52,521 bases of DNA, from positions 1 through 52,521 of IMG/VR virus record IMGVR_UViG_3300036715_004474; one strand, 5' to 3'. This document shows positions 44,152 through 52,521 of this stretch, piece by piece. The position numbers and the translations under genes were made by a program. The first letter of the stretch is position 1; each line of letters starts with the position of its first letter. Origin of the DNA: a virus. Its lineage: Duplodnaviria > Caudoviricetes. The notes below the pieces were generated by a model, which worked only from the letters and a program-made list of their open reading frames with translations, was not told the DNA's origin and made no database searches.

Positions 44152-44375
44152 GCGCCCGGCGTCACGCATGGGCCGAGCGCAAGGTCCTCCGCCTCGGGCT
44201 GTGGGTGCAGACCTGCACCCGAGAGGGCTGCTCCGCCGCCAAGCGCCGCCTGGAGCCGGCCGGCGTCACGGTGTACCTGTCGGGCCGGACGGCCGGGTGG
44301 GTGGAGAAGGCGCCACCCTGCGTAGGCAGCGTCGCCGCCGAGCAGCTCGAGCTGGGCGTGGGAGGCCGGCGATGA
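44148..44375 (+). CDS. Small zinc-finger-like protein (HxW...CxxxxC...PPC)
   Basis: GTGA coupling. Confidence 0.55.
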   Translation: MSARRHAWAERKVLRLGLWVQTCTREGCSAAKRRLEPAGVTVYLSGRTAGWVEKAPPCVGSVAAEQLELGVGGRR

Positions 44376-44836
44376 AGGCCACGAAGAGGCCCGCGACGCC
44401 CACGGATAAGTGGGTCCACGCCGCGCTCCGGCGCGTCGACGACGCCCTGGCGCCCCTCCGCGCCATCACGCCGGAGACCAACCCCGCGGTCATGGCGACG
44501 CTGCTCGAAGGCCTCACGCCCGAGCAGCTCCAGCGGGCCGGCGACCCCATGGGCATCGCCCTCGCCGCGGAGGAGGCGCGCGCCAACGCCGCGGCGCTCC
44601 GCGCAGTGATCAGCGATGGTTCTGATGGTTCTACGAGCTCGGTGCGCCAAGCGGTCAACGCGAAGCTCGCCCACAGCGAGATCCACGACGCCCTCGGGGG
44701 CTACATCGGGCAGGGCAGTGATCCCAAGCGCGCCCTGTCGGGAGGCGAGGGGTTCGGGGGCGGGGTGCGCGCCCTCATGCACGCCGCCGGCGAGCGCCTC
44801 CCGGCGATGCCCAAGCGCCGCGGGGGCTCCCGATGA
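44372..44836 (+). CDS. Hypothetical protein
   Basis: ATGA coupling. Confidence 0.6.
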   Translation: MKATKRPATPTDKWVHAALRRVDDALAPLRAITPETNPAVMATLLEGLTPEQLQRAGDPMGIALAAEEARANAAALRAVISDGSDGSTSSVRQAVNAKLAHSEIHDALGGYIGQGSDPKRALSGGEGFGGGVRALMHAAGERLPAMPKRRGGSR

Positions 44837-45156
44837 CGCTCCGGCGCCCGACTGCCACCATCGATCTCGCCTCGCCGCGCGCCGCGAAGTGGCTGGCCGA
44901 CTTCGGTACGGACACCGTCCCGATCAAGTCTCCCGTGCCGCACCGGTCGCACCTGGAGGGCCTCGGCGTGCGGGAGGTCTACGTCGTCGACGTCGCCGCC
45001 CTCGCGCCCGAGGTCCTTGAGCGCCTGGTGCGCGGGCTCGCGGCCGACTTCGCCATCCCGCCCGAGGAGGTCCGCGCGGGGCTCCTCGGCGACCACGGGC
45101 TCCCGATCCTCGCCTCCGAGGTCAGCGTCACGTTCGACGCAAGGCTGGTGCTCTGA
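44833..45156 (+). CDS. Hypothetical phage protein
   Basis: ATGA coupling; globular. Confidence 0.65.
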   Translation: MTLRRPTATIDLASPRAAKWLADFGTDTVPIKSPVPHRSHLEGLGVREVYVVDVAALAPEVLERLVRGLAADFAIPPEEVRAGLLGDHGLPILASEVSVTFDARLVL

Positions 45157-45335
45157 TGGCCACGCCCTGCCTCGACGAGACCCTCGTCGTCGCCTTCTGC
45201 GCCGGCAAGGCGACCCCGGCGCAGATCGAGCGCATCGAGGCGCACGTCGACACCTGCAAGCTCTGCCTCGACCTGATCGCGTTCGCGGCCAAGGCCGGCG
45301 CCGAGCTGCTCGAGCTGGGAGGGGGCGCCCGATGA
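45156..45335 (+). CDS. Stand-alone zinc anti-sigma (zf-HC2/ZAS) domain protein, 59 aa, absent from the ORF track
   Basis: MATPCLDETLVVAFCAGKATPAQIERIEAHVDTCKLCLDLI; HxxxCxxC motif; coupled at both ends. Confidence 0.8.
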   Translation: MATPCLDETLVVAFCAGKATPAQIERIEAHVDTCKLCLDLIAFAAKAGAELLELGGGAR

Positions 45336-45901
45336 CGCGGCCCGCAGACCTGCCGGCCGCCGACCACTGGCCCCACGGGGTGCGCGCTCGCTACACGAGC
45401 GGCTGCCGGTACGCGGACTGCCGCCGCGCCAACGCGGCGTATCAGAGCGGGCGGGCGCGGGCGCTGGTCTACGGCCGCGCCAACCCCATCGTGGACGCCT
45501 CACCCGTCCGCGCCCACCTACAGCAGCTCCGCGCGCAGGGCCTCGGCCGCGACGCCGTCGCCGCGGCCTCCGACGTGCGCGCCACGACCGTCGGCGATCT
45601 GGCCGCGGGGAAGAAGAAGCGGATCCGGAAGGCGACGGCCGATCGCCTGCTCGCGGTGACGGCCGCGGCGATCGCCGACGGCGCCCTGGTCGACGCCGGG
45701 CCGACCTGGAAGCTCATTCGCAAGCTGCTGCGCGAGGGATTCACCAGGGGTGAGCTCGCCCAGCGCCTCGGCGCCAAGACGCCCGCGCTCCAGCTCCGGA
45801 GGCGCCGCGTGCTCGCCTCCACCGCGCAGAAGGTCGCGCGCTTCTACAGCACGATCATGGCCGGCGCCGAAGCGGTGCCGGCGAGAGGAGCCGCACGATG
45901 A
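45332..45901 (+). CDS. Zinc-finger plus double-HTH DNA-binding protein
   Basis: HG...Y..GCR...CRRAN; LGRDAVAAASDV and FTRGELAQRLG HTHs. Confidence 0.7.
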   Translation: MTRPADLPAADHWPHGVRARYTSGCRYADCRRANAAYQSGRARALVYGRANPIVDASPVRAHLQQLRAQGLGRDAVAAASDVRATTVGDLAAGKKKRIRKATADRLLAVTAAAIADGALVDAGPTWKLIRKLLREGFTRGELAQRLGAKTPALQLRRRRVLASTAQKVARFYSTIMAGAEAVPARGAAR

Positions 45902-46161
45902 GCACGGAAACCCGTCCCGCGCGCCCAGTTCATCCGCCGCCGCCGCCGGCGCCAGCGCCGGACCAGCGCACCACCGAGGTCGCGCTCGGCACCTGGAACG
46001 GCAAGGACGGCGTCTACGAAGCGCGCCTCATCATCCGCCCTGCGCAGGCCGCGGCCCTGGTCCGGCGCGCGATGTCGTCGCTCCGCGGCCGCGCCGAGGC
46101 CGCCGGCGGCGCCGTCGTGGTGCTGGTGCGCCGGACGACCAAGCCCACGGGTGCGCCGTGA
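45898..46161 (+). CDS. Small hypothetical protein
   Basis: ATGA coupling. Confidence 0.55.
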   Translation: MSTETRPARPVHPPPPPAPAPDQRTTEVALGTWNGKDGVYEARLIIRPAQAAALVRRAMSSLRGRAEAAGGAVVVLVRRTTKPTGAP

Positions 46162-46604
46162 CGCCCGGCGAGCTGGCCGCGACGCAGGTGCGCCTCATCC
46201 TCGAGCGGCAGTGCGCCGACCTCGGGCGCGAGATCCACGCGGCCGTGAAGGGCGACGCGCACTTCATCCTGTTCCTGGTCGACCTCGGCGCGGACGGGAA
46301 CCTGGCTTTCTTCTCCAACGCGAAGCCGAGCGCCACCGTGGCGAGGCTCCGATGCTGGCTCGACGCCGGCGGCATCGTTCCGGCGATCCCTGCCTCGGCC
46401 GAGCAGCACGCACGGGCGGTCGAGGACATGCGCGCGCTCGGCAAGAACCTCGCGCACCGGATCCCTGCCGGCGTCGGCTTCGCGCTGCTGCTCTGGTCGG
46501 GTGAGACGGCGCTCGCCTACGCGAGCAGCTGCGATCGCGAGGACATGAAGAAGGTCGTCGACGAGTGGCTCGCCGGGGCCGCCAGCGCGGGCGGTGGATC
46601 ATGA
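46158..46604 (+). CDS. Hypothetical protein with an internal domain duplication
   Basis: Two copies of LG..I...F.L.L...LA(F/Y).S...WL. Confidence 0.65.
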   Translation: MTPGELAATQVRLILERQCADLGREIHAAVKGDAHFILFLVDLGADGNLAFFSNAKPSATVARLRCWLDAGGIVPAIPASAEQHARAVEDMRALGKNLAHRIPAGVGFALLLWSGETALAYASSCDREDMKKVVDEWLAGAASAGGGS

Positions 46605-46963
46605 GCGCCCGGCTCGTCGTGCTTCCGTCTCGCGTCGTCGCGGCCGTGATGGACGTGTTGGACGAGGTCATGGAATTGGGCCCGCGGCTCGGGGCGGCGT
46701 GCCGGTTCTGCGTGATGCGCGGCGCGAACACCCACGCGGTCGACTGCGTCGTGGTGAAGGCCGGCGTCGCGTACATGGCGCTCGGTCAGGACGAGGACGC
46801 GATCAAGTCGCTCCTCGGCTGCCGGCGCCCCTGCCTGCCCTCCGACGGCCAGGGCGCGCTCTGCGTCGGCTGCGCGGCTGCCCAGGTCGACGAGACGCGG
46901 CCCGAGCTCCCTGCGAGCGCGGGGAGAGTGACGGCCGAGATCTACGCGGGAGCGAGCCGATGA
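46601..46963 (+). CDS. Cys-rich hypothetical protein
   Basis: CRFC...HAVDC; C..PC...CVGC. Confidence 0.6.
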   Translation: MSARLVVLPSRVVAAVMDVLDEVMELGPRLGAACRFCVMRGANTHAVDCVVVKAGVAYMALGQDEDAIKSLLGCRRPCLPSDGQGALCVGCAAAQVDETRPELPASAGRVTAEIYAGASR

Positions 46964-47821
46964 GGACCTGCGGTTGCGGCCAGCGTGGGAAGCACCGGGA
47001 GGGCTGCCGGGATGCGCAGGCGCCCGCGACGCCGCCCCAGGCAGCGGCGGAGGCGCCCGACGAGACTCCGGTGGCGCCGGAGTACCTGGCGCTCTTCCAG
47101 CGGCGCCCGCGGCGCGCCAGCGCGGCGAGCTCGACGCCGGCGCGCCCGGCCCGGAAGGCGCGCGAGCCGGCGCCCGCCCCGGTTGCGGCGGTCGATCCGC
47201 GCGTCGCCCACCTCGAGCGTGAGAGCGACGCCTGCCAGCGCCGCGTGGGGGAGCTGGAGCTGCTCCTCGAGGAGCGCGAGGGCGAGCTGCTGGAGGCGCG
47301 CCGCGGCGCCGCCGCCCGCGTGCTCCTGTCGAGCAAGTGGAAGGGCCTCGCGCGCGCCTACCGCGCTCGCCTCGGCGCCCTCGGGGCCGAGGTGGTCGCC
47401 GCTGCCGACGTCCCGGCCGCGCGGCTCCCGGCGGCGCGGCGCCGGCGCAAGCCCGCGGCTGCCCCCCCCCCATCCGGAAAACGACGGGGCGCCGCCTCCG
47501 AAGCGCACCGCGCCGGTACCCGAGGCCGGGCCGACCATCACCAGGCCGCGGCCTCCGGCGCCCATGGTGCGGCTCACCGTGCTCCCGATCGCCGAGATCG
47601 CCCGCGCGAGCGACGCCTTCCACTGCGCGCGGCTGCACGCCAACCTGACGGCGGGGGCGTGCTCCTCGCGCCAAGGGAGCGCGAACGCCGACACGACAGG
47701 GAAGGCGACGTCCAGGCTGGTGGAGCGCCGCGAGGTCGCCAGGATCACCGCGCCGTGCCGGGACTGCGCCGTGGGGCGGCAGGTGGTCGCGCAGCTCAAG
47801 CCGGCGCGGGAGGTGGCCTGA
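46960..47821 (+). pseudogene. Gene split by a +1 frameshift at a C10 tract (47462-47471)
   Basis: Coding-like N-terminus in one frame and Cys-containing C-terminus in the next; C9 joins them. Confidence 0.6.
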
Positions 47822-47822
47822 C

Positions 47823-48170
47823 ATGAGCACCGAACACGCCGCGAACCTGTTCGCCCTGGCCGCGTCCGCCGAGGAGTGTCTCCTCGAGGCCGAGAGCACC
47901 ATCGAGGGGCTCCTCGCCGCGATGAAGGCGGTCGGCGCCCCGGCGCCGGGAGACGCGCGGCTCGACCCGACCGTCCTCGCGCGGATCGCCGCGGTGACGC
48001 TCCGCGCCCGGCTCTGCAACGACATGATGGGCACCGCGCTCCGCGGCATCGGCGCCGTGGCGCACGACGTCGGCGGTGCGGCGGCCCTCGCCCGCGTCAC
48101 CTCCCAGCTCCAGCGCGGGGTCGCCGCCACCGAGCTCGGGGCGAAGGCCTCGGTGAGGAGCGGCTCATGA
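47823..48170 (+). CDS. Hypothetical helical protein
   Basis: GGAGG RBS. Confidence 0.6.
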   Translation: MSTEHAANLFALAASAEECLLEAESTIEGLLAAMKAVGAPAPGDARLDPTVLARIAAVTLRARLCNDMMGTALRGIGAVAHDVGGAAALARVTSQLQRGVAATELGAKASVRSGS

Positions 48171-48361
48171 TCCGCCGTTGCATCGCGTGTGGGTGCACGG
48201 ACCTCGCCGCCTGCGAGATGCCCGATGGGAGCGCGTGCGCGTGGGTCGCCGACGACCTGTGCAGCGCGTGCGTCGACGAGGCGGACCTCGAGCCGGCGCC
48301 CGCGCCCGCGTCCCTGAGGTTCGATCCCCGCCGCGACTTCGACTTCGACCCGAGGAAATGA
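48167..48361 (+). CDS. Small Cys-rich phage protein (CxxCGCTxxxAC...CxW...LCSAC)
   Basis: Recognisable six-Cys phage motif; ATGA coupling. Confidence 0.7.
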   Translation: MIRRCIACGCTDLAACEMPDGSACAWVADDLCSACVDEADLEPAPAPASLRFDPRRDFDFDPRK

Positions 48362-48366
48362 CCCCC

Positions 48367-48690
48367 ATGGCAGCGACAGCAACGACCGAACAGGACTACC
48401 AGGATCGTCGAGACGATCTCGCCGGCGCCATCGAGCGCCTCCACCAGGCGGCCGGCACGCTGCGCGAGCTGGCCGCCGTCGACGTGCAGATCCTGGTGCG
48501 CGCGATCGCGCTTCACCGGGTGGTCGGCGCCGAGCTGGGCCGGCTCCTCGAGGAGCACGCCGGCCACGCCCGGCCAGAAGAGCGCGGGACCTTGAGCTGG
48601 AGCGTGGAGCTCATGATCGACGTCGAGAGCGCCCACCTCGCCCGCGAGCTCGAGGAGCTCCACCCCACCCCGAAAGGAACGGCCTCGTGA
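48367..48690 (+). CDS. Hypothetical helical protein
   Basis: GAGG RBS. Confidence 0.6.
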   Translation: MAATATTEQDYQDRRDDLAGAIERLHQAAGTLRELAAVDVQILVRAIALHRVVGAELGRLLEEHAGHARPEERGTLSWSVELMIDVESAHLARELEELHPTPKGTAS

Positions 48691-49055
48691 ACGTGCCCGT
48701 CTCACCCGGCATCCCGGCAATTCTCCTCGCGACCGCCGCCAAGCTCGGCTACCGCGTCACCCTCGGCGCGCGCGGGAGCGCCCCCGAGCTCGGCGTCTTC
48801 GTCAACGCCGACACCGGCGCCGACCAGCCGCTGCTCCTCGTCGACGACCCCGACGACGACAAGCCGGTCGTCCTCTGGGCGCTCGTCGGCGCACCCTCGT
48901 GCATCCCATTCGTGTTCGATCGCCTCACGTACAACGTGCTGCACGAGGGCGTGCACGCGGACGGGATCGACCTCCTCGAGTGGCAGGGGCGCTCCTACAG
49001 CATCGGCGCCACGTGGGATGGCTTCCGACCCGTCGCACAGGCGGCGCTGGTATGA
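48687..49055 (+). CDS. Hypothetical protein
   Basis: GTGA coupling. Confidence 0.6.
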   Translation: MNVPVSPGIPAILLATAAKLGYRVTLGARGSAPELGVFVNADTGADQPLLLVDDPDDDKPVVLWALVGAPSCIPFVFDRLTYNVLHEGVHADGIDLLEWQGRSYSIGATWDGFRPVAQAALV

Positions 49056-49699
49056 GCACGCCGCCGCAGCCCGGCATCTGGTACGCGCTCGCCGCGCTCG
49101 CCGCGGTGCTGGCCGTCTGGCTCGCCCATCGGCGCGCCGAGCACCGGCCGATCGCCGTGTTCCTCGTGGCCATGGTCGCGATCGACCTGGCGCGCTTCGC
49201 GCTCGCGCGCGCCATCGACTTCGCCGCGGCGCCGCGGCCGCATGTCGGCCTGGTGCGCCTCGCGTTCCACCTCGACGAGCTGGGCTTCCTGGCGTGGCCC
49301 GCGGGCCTCGTGGGCCTCGTCCTGGTGGTGTTCGCGGGGCGCCGTGCGTGGCCCGCCCTGGTCGCGTGGCTCCTGACGTGGGCCGGGCTCGTGGCGCTGT
49401 ACCCGTCCGACCTGGTGAGGGGCCCCGGGCTGGCCCGGGTCTACCTCGCGGCGCTGCTGGTCTCGCTCGCGATCTACGTCGCGGCGCTGACGGAGTGGGG
49501 CGCCAGGCGGGCGCGGCCGACCAGCGCGCACGCCGTCTTGCTGGTGCTCGGCGCGGTGGAGCTCGCGCGCCTCGCGCCGTTCTACGGCTCCATTTTCGAG
49601 CGCTGGGCCACCTACGCGGGCCCGACCAACGTCGTCTTGTACGCCGTGATCGCGGCGGTGGAAGGGGGGTATCTGTGGGAATCGTCGCAGTCGTCGTGA
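49052..49699 (+). CDS. Polytopic membrane protein (~7 TM)
   Basis: Consecutive hydrophobic helices. Confidence 0.75.
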   Translation: MSTPPQPGIWYALAALAAVLAVWLAHRRAEHRPIAVFLVAMVAIDLARFALARAIDFAAAPRPHVGLVRLAFHLDELGFLAWPAGLVGLVLVVFAGRRAWPALVAWLLTWAGLVALYPSDLVRGPGLARVYLAALLVSLAIYVAALTEWGARRARPTSAHAVLLVLGAVELARLAPFYGSIFERWATYAGPTNVVLYAVIAAVEGGYLWESSQSS

Positions 49700-50763
49700 G
49701 TCTCGCCGCCGCCGCGCTGTGCAGCTTCCTGCTGTACTGCCTGCGGCAACAAGGGGCGCGGATCGCCACGCTGTCGGGCACCGTTTCGGCCGTGGGGCAC
49801 AGCGTATCGCGGCAGGCGGCGACGCTGGAGGCCCTCGGCCAGACGGTGGCCGGGATCGTCGTGCCCGCCGACGCGCGGGTGACCGCCGCGCCCGTCGCGG
49901 CGATCGCGCACTCGGCAGGCGCACCTTCGCCGCGCGCGCCCGCGCCCGCTCGCCCGCGTCGCGACGTGGCGCGCGAGCTCGAGGTTGCCCTCCTGCCGGA
50001 GCCGGCGGTCGACGACACGGGGGACCGCGGGGGCATCAACCCCGGCGACCCGGTGCCCATCGTCCTGCCCGCGCTGAGCCCGGTGGCCGACGCCGCCCCC
50101 GACACCACCCAGCGCGAGCTGGAGCGCGCTGAGCTCCGCAGGTCCGCCGAGGCGGCGGAGGACGCGCGCGACCAGGATCGGGCGCGCCGCCAGCTGCCGA
50201 CGCTCCTGCAGGCCCTCTCCATGGCCAGGCAGGCCCCCACCCAGGCCGACGTCGACCCCGATGCCCGCCGGACGCTGGCGGAGGCCCCGCGCCTCGGCGA
50301 CGAGGACAGCGACGACGAGCTCACGGTCGTCACCACGCTCGCCCCCATCACCAGCGCTCGCCCCACGCTGAGCGGCATCGCGCCCGCGGGCAGTCGGCGA
50401 CGGCACATCCTGCCGGAGGAGAGGGCGGCGGCGCGCCAGGCCTGGGCGGAGGAGACCCAGACCTCCGCCGGCGTGGTCCGGTCGTCGCCGACGCCACCGC
50501 CGGCGCAAGGGGACGCGGTCGAGCAGCGGTACGCGGCGCACTGCGCGATCGCGCGCGCGGCAGGTCTCGCGGTCGATCACTGCGCCGGCGCGGACTGCAC
50601 GACCACGGCGGACGGCAGGCTGTGCACCTGCGACTGCGAAGGGTGCGCGCGGGCCGCCCGGCTGCTCGCCCAGGCGCGCCGCGAGCTCCTCGGCCCGCTG
50701 CCGGCGAACGACGGAGCGCCGGACGCGGCGCCCGCGAACGATCGCCGTCCGGGGGCGTCGTGA
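49675..50763 (+). CDS. Membrane-anchored protein with C-terminal Cys cluster
   Basis: N-terminal TM, heptad-like stretch, HCAGADC...LCTCDCEGC. Confidence 0.65.
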   Translation: MGIVAVVVSLAAAALCSFLLYCLRQQGARIATLSGTVSAVGHSVSRQAATLEALGQTVAGIVVPADARVTAAPVAAIAHSAGAPSPRAPAPARPRRDVARELEVALLPEPAVDDTGDRGGINPGDPVPIVLPALSPVADAAPDTTQRELERAELRRSAEAAEDARDQDRARRQLPTLLQALSMARQAPTQADVDPDARRTLAEAPRLGDEDSDDELTVVTTLAPITSARPTLSGIAPAGSRRRHILPEERAAARQAWAEETQTSAGVVRSSPTPPPAQGDAVEQRYAAHCAIARAAGLAVDHCAGADCTTTADGRLCTCDCEGCARAARLLAQARRELLGPLPANDGAPDAAPANDRRPGAS

Positions 50764-50860
50764 TCGTAAAGCCCCCGCCCGGGCACGCCGGGAGGCCCGA
50801 CGCGCGAGCGCCTGAGTTTCCAGGCGCCTCGGTGGTCAGCGTGCGAGCCATGAGGACGAG

Positions 50861-51229
50861 ATGAGCGCGCGCGTGATCGATCTGACCCAGCGGCGCCGGG
50901 TCGCGCAGCTCCAGCAGCAGATGCTCTCGGCGCAGACCGAGCTGGTGCACCTCCTTTGTGGCGGGCCGGCGCCGGAGCCGACCCCCGTGCCCGCCCCCGA
51001 CGATGAGGACGAGCTGGTCGCCCGCGCGCGCTTCGCGGCGGAGCTGGAGGCGATCGCGCCGCCGACGCCGCCCGTGCCCAGCTCGCCGGGGCGCGCGCCG
51101 GTGGTGACGGAACCCTCGCCGCGGCCGCGCCGTCGGCGCCGTCGACAACCCGCGGCCGCGGCCGCCACGGAAGCCGACGTTCGGCGCGCGCAGCGGGCCA
51201 CCAAGGCGAAAGGTATGCTGCTCCGATGA
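50861..51229 (+). CDS. Hypothetical basic protein upstream of the integrase (position of an excisionase)
   Basis: ATGA overlap with int; Arg-rich. Confidence 0.55.
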   Translation: MSARVIDLTQRRRVAQLQQQMLSAQTELVHLLCGGPAPEPTPVPAPDDEDELVARARFAAELEAIAPPTPPVPSSPGRAPVVTEPSPRPRRRRRRQPAAAAATEADVRRAQRATKAKGMLLR

Positions 51230-52521
51230 GACCGCGAGACGTGCCATTTGGCGGCGGAACGATCGAGGAGCGCCGCGGCAAATTCCGCGTGCGCGTCCCC
51301 GTCGATGGGAAGTACCGCGACCTCGACACGGTGACGACGAGGGAGGAGGCGGAGAGCCTCCTGCGCGGGTTCTCCGTGTTGCAGGCCCGCGGCGACGTGG
51401 TGACCTCGGGCGAGACGCTCCGGGAGTACGGCGCCAAGTGGCTCGCCCAGCGTGAGCTCGCCGGCGGGAAGAACACCGCGAGCGATCAGGGGCGGTGGAC
51501 GCGCTACGTGCTCTCCGCGCCCTTCGCCGACGACCCGCTGCGGACGATCGGGCGCCGCGACATCAAGACCTGGCTCGCCAGCCTCGCGGGCCGAGCTGCC
51601 GCGGACAAGCGCACGAAGAGGAAGATCTCCCCGCAGACGCAGAAGCACTGCCTGACCCTGCTCCGGTCATGCTTGCAGGGCGCCGTCGACGACGAGCTGC
51701 TCGCCGTGAACCCAGCGAGCAAGATCCGGGGGCCGCGCGTCTCGCGCGACGAGGGCTGGACGTACCTGCCGCCCGAAGAGCAGCGCGCGCTCCTGACGTG
51801 CGCAGCGATCCCCGAAGCCGATCGGATGATCGTCGCGTTCGCCATCGGGGTCTGCCTGCGCCAGGGCGAGCAGTGGGCGCTCGAGCTACCCGACCTCGTG
51901 GTGAGCGGCCCCTACCCGCACGTGATGGTGCGGTACGGCGGTCCCAACCACGCGTCGACGAAGGGGAAGAAGATCCGGCGGGTGCCGCTGTTCGGGCTCG
52001 CCCTCGCCGCGGCCAAGCGCTGGCTGCAGCTCCTGCCGGTCTTCGCGCCACGGAACCCCAAGAACCTCGTCTTTCCGACGCCGCGCGGGTGCCATCGCGG
52101 GAAGAAGGCGCCGCGAGGCTGGAGCGACTACCTCGCCGCGGCCGGGCTCGGCGAGGCGAGCAAGCGCCACGACGGGCGGTCGGTGCGCTGGCACGACCTC
52201 CGGCACACGGGCGCGAGCTCGCTGGTCGCCGGCTGGTGGGGGAGGGTGTGGCGCCTGGAGGAGGTGCGGGACGTCCTCGGGCACACCTCGATCACCGTCA
52301 CGGAGCGCTACGCCCACCTCGCGCCCGGCGTGCTCGCCGAGGCCGGGCGGCTGACGGTGGCGGCCCTGCCGGAGGCCGCGGGAGCCGGCGGCCGAACTCT
52401 CCCCCAATTCTCCCCCAGCGATTCGGCGTCGCCGGCGGGAAGTGCTGCAAAACAAGGGCGCGCCACAGAGGATTCGAACCTCTGGCCTACGGCTCCGGAG
52501 GCCGTCGCTCTATCCAGCTGA
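51226..52521 (+). CDS. int: Phage tyrosine integrase
   Basis: Arm-binding N-terminus (GTIEERRGKFRVRV), LRQGE, TKGKK, HDLRH, LGH, TERY. Confidence 0.95.
   Translation: MRPRDVPFGGGTIEERRGKFRVRVPVDGKYRDLDTVTTREEAESLLRGFSVLQARGDVVTSGETLREYGAKWLAQRELAGGKNTASDQGRWTRYVLSAPFADDPLRTIGRRDIKTWLASLAGRAAADKRTKRKISPQTQKHCLTLLRSCLQGAVDDELLAVNPASKIRGPRVSRDEGWTYLPPEEQRALLTCAAIPEADRMIVAFAIGVCLRQGEQWALELPDLVVSGPYPHVMVRYGGPNHASTKGKKIRRVPLFGLALAAAKRWLQLLPVFAPRNPKNLVFPTPRGCHRGKKAPRGWSDYLAAAGLGEASKRHDGRSVRWHDLRHTGASSLVAGWWGRVWRLEEVRDVLGHTSITVTERYAHLAPGVLAEAGRLTVAALPEAAGAGGRTLPQFSPSDSASPAGSAAKQGRATEDSNLWPTAPEAVALSS
52459..52521 (-). tRNA. tRNA-Arg(CCG), 5' end beyond the window; integration target
   Basis: Reverse complement TCAGCTGGATAGAGCG ACGGC CT CCG GA GCCGT AGGCC AGAGG TTCGAAT CCTCT GTGGCGC G: D-arm, anticodon CCG, T-arm, acceptor strand. 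Confidence 0.93.

Larger units (their letters stand above)
752..52521. mobile_element. Temperate prophage (contractile tail) integrated at tRNA-Arg(CCG); left boundary not located
   Basis: Terminase, portal, capsid, sheath, baseplate, cI/cro and integrase in canonical order; integrase abuts and overlaps a tRNA 3' end. No second copy of the tRNA 3' end was seen in the window, so the left att site is outside it or lost. Confidence 0.95.

Noticed and set aside
41789-47821. C-terminal AA/EVA ends as ClpX degrons
   Set aside because: Largely explained by GGAGG ribosome-binding sites and coupled stop/start codons overlapping the gene ends
52456-52459. tRNA pseudogene because CCA is not encoded
   Set aside because: Many bacteria add CCA enzymatically; the visible arms pair correctly

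Overview
High-GC window almost entirely occupied by an apparently intact temperate prophage with a contractile (myovirus, Mu-like) tail. It is integrated at the 3' end of a tRNA-Arg(CCG) gene at the right edge. The host is probably a myxobacterium; this is an inference from GC content and protein style. From left to right: (1) a small leftward accessory operon and a ribbon-helix-helix (RHH) switch with lipoprotein morons (1-5.5 kb); (2) a minus-strand late operon with tail fibre, baseplate, tape measure, tube, sheath, neck, capsid, scaffold, portal and terminase (5.5-31.9 kb); (3) a plasmid-type maintenance cassette with a second tyrosine recombinase, type Ib parA plus RHH partner, a 9-bp centromere-like array, 22-bp iteron-like repeats and a rep-like gene (34-39 kb); (4) a ParE-type toxin-antitoxin pair and a cI/cro switch with four operators (40-41.6 kb); (5) a long early operon of small genes ending in an integrase whose reading frame runs into the tRNA. 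The most notable features are the combined integrating and plasmid-like lifestyle, the attachment site inside the integrase gene, a portal fused to an HExxE domain, a stand-alone zinc anti-sigma mini-protein, a DnaA-domain-IV protein with a clamp-binding-like motif, and no recognisable lysis genes. All calls come from motif reading and gene order; no database searches were run.
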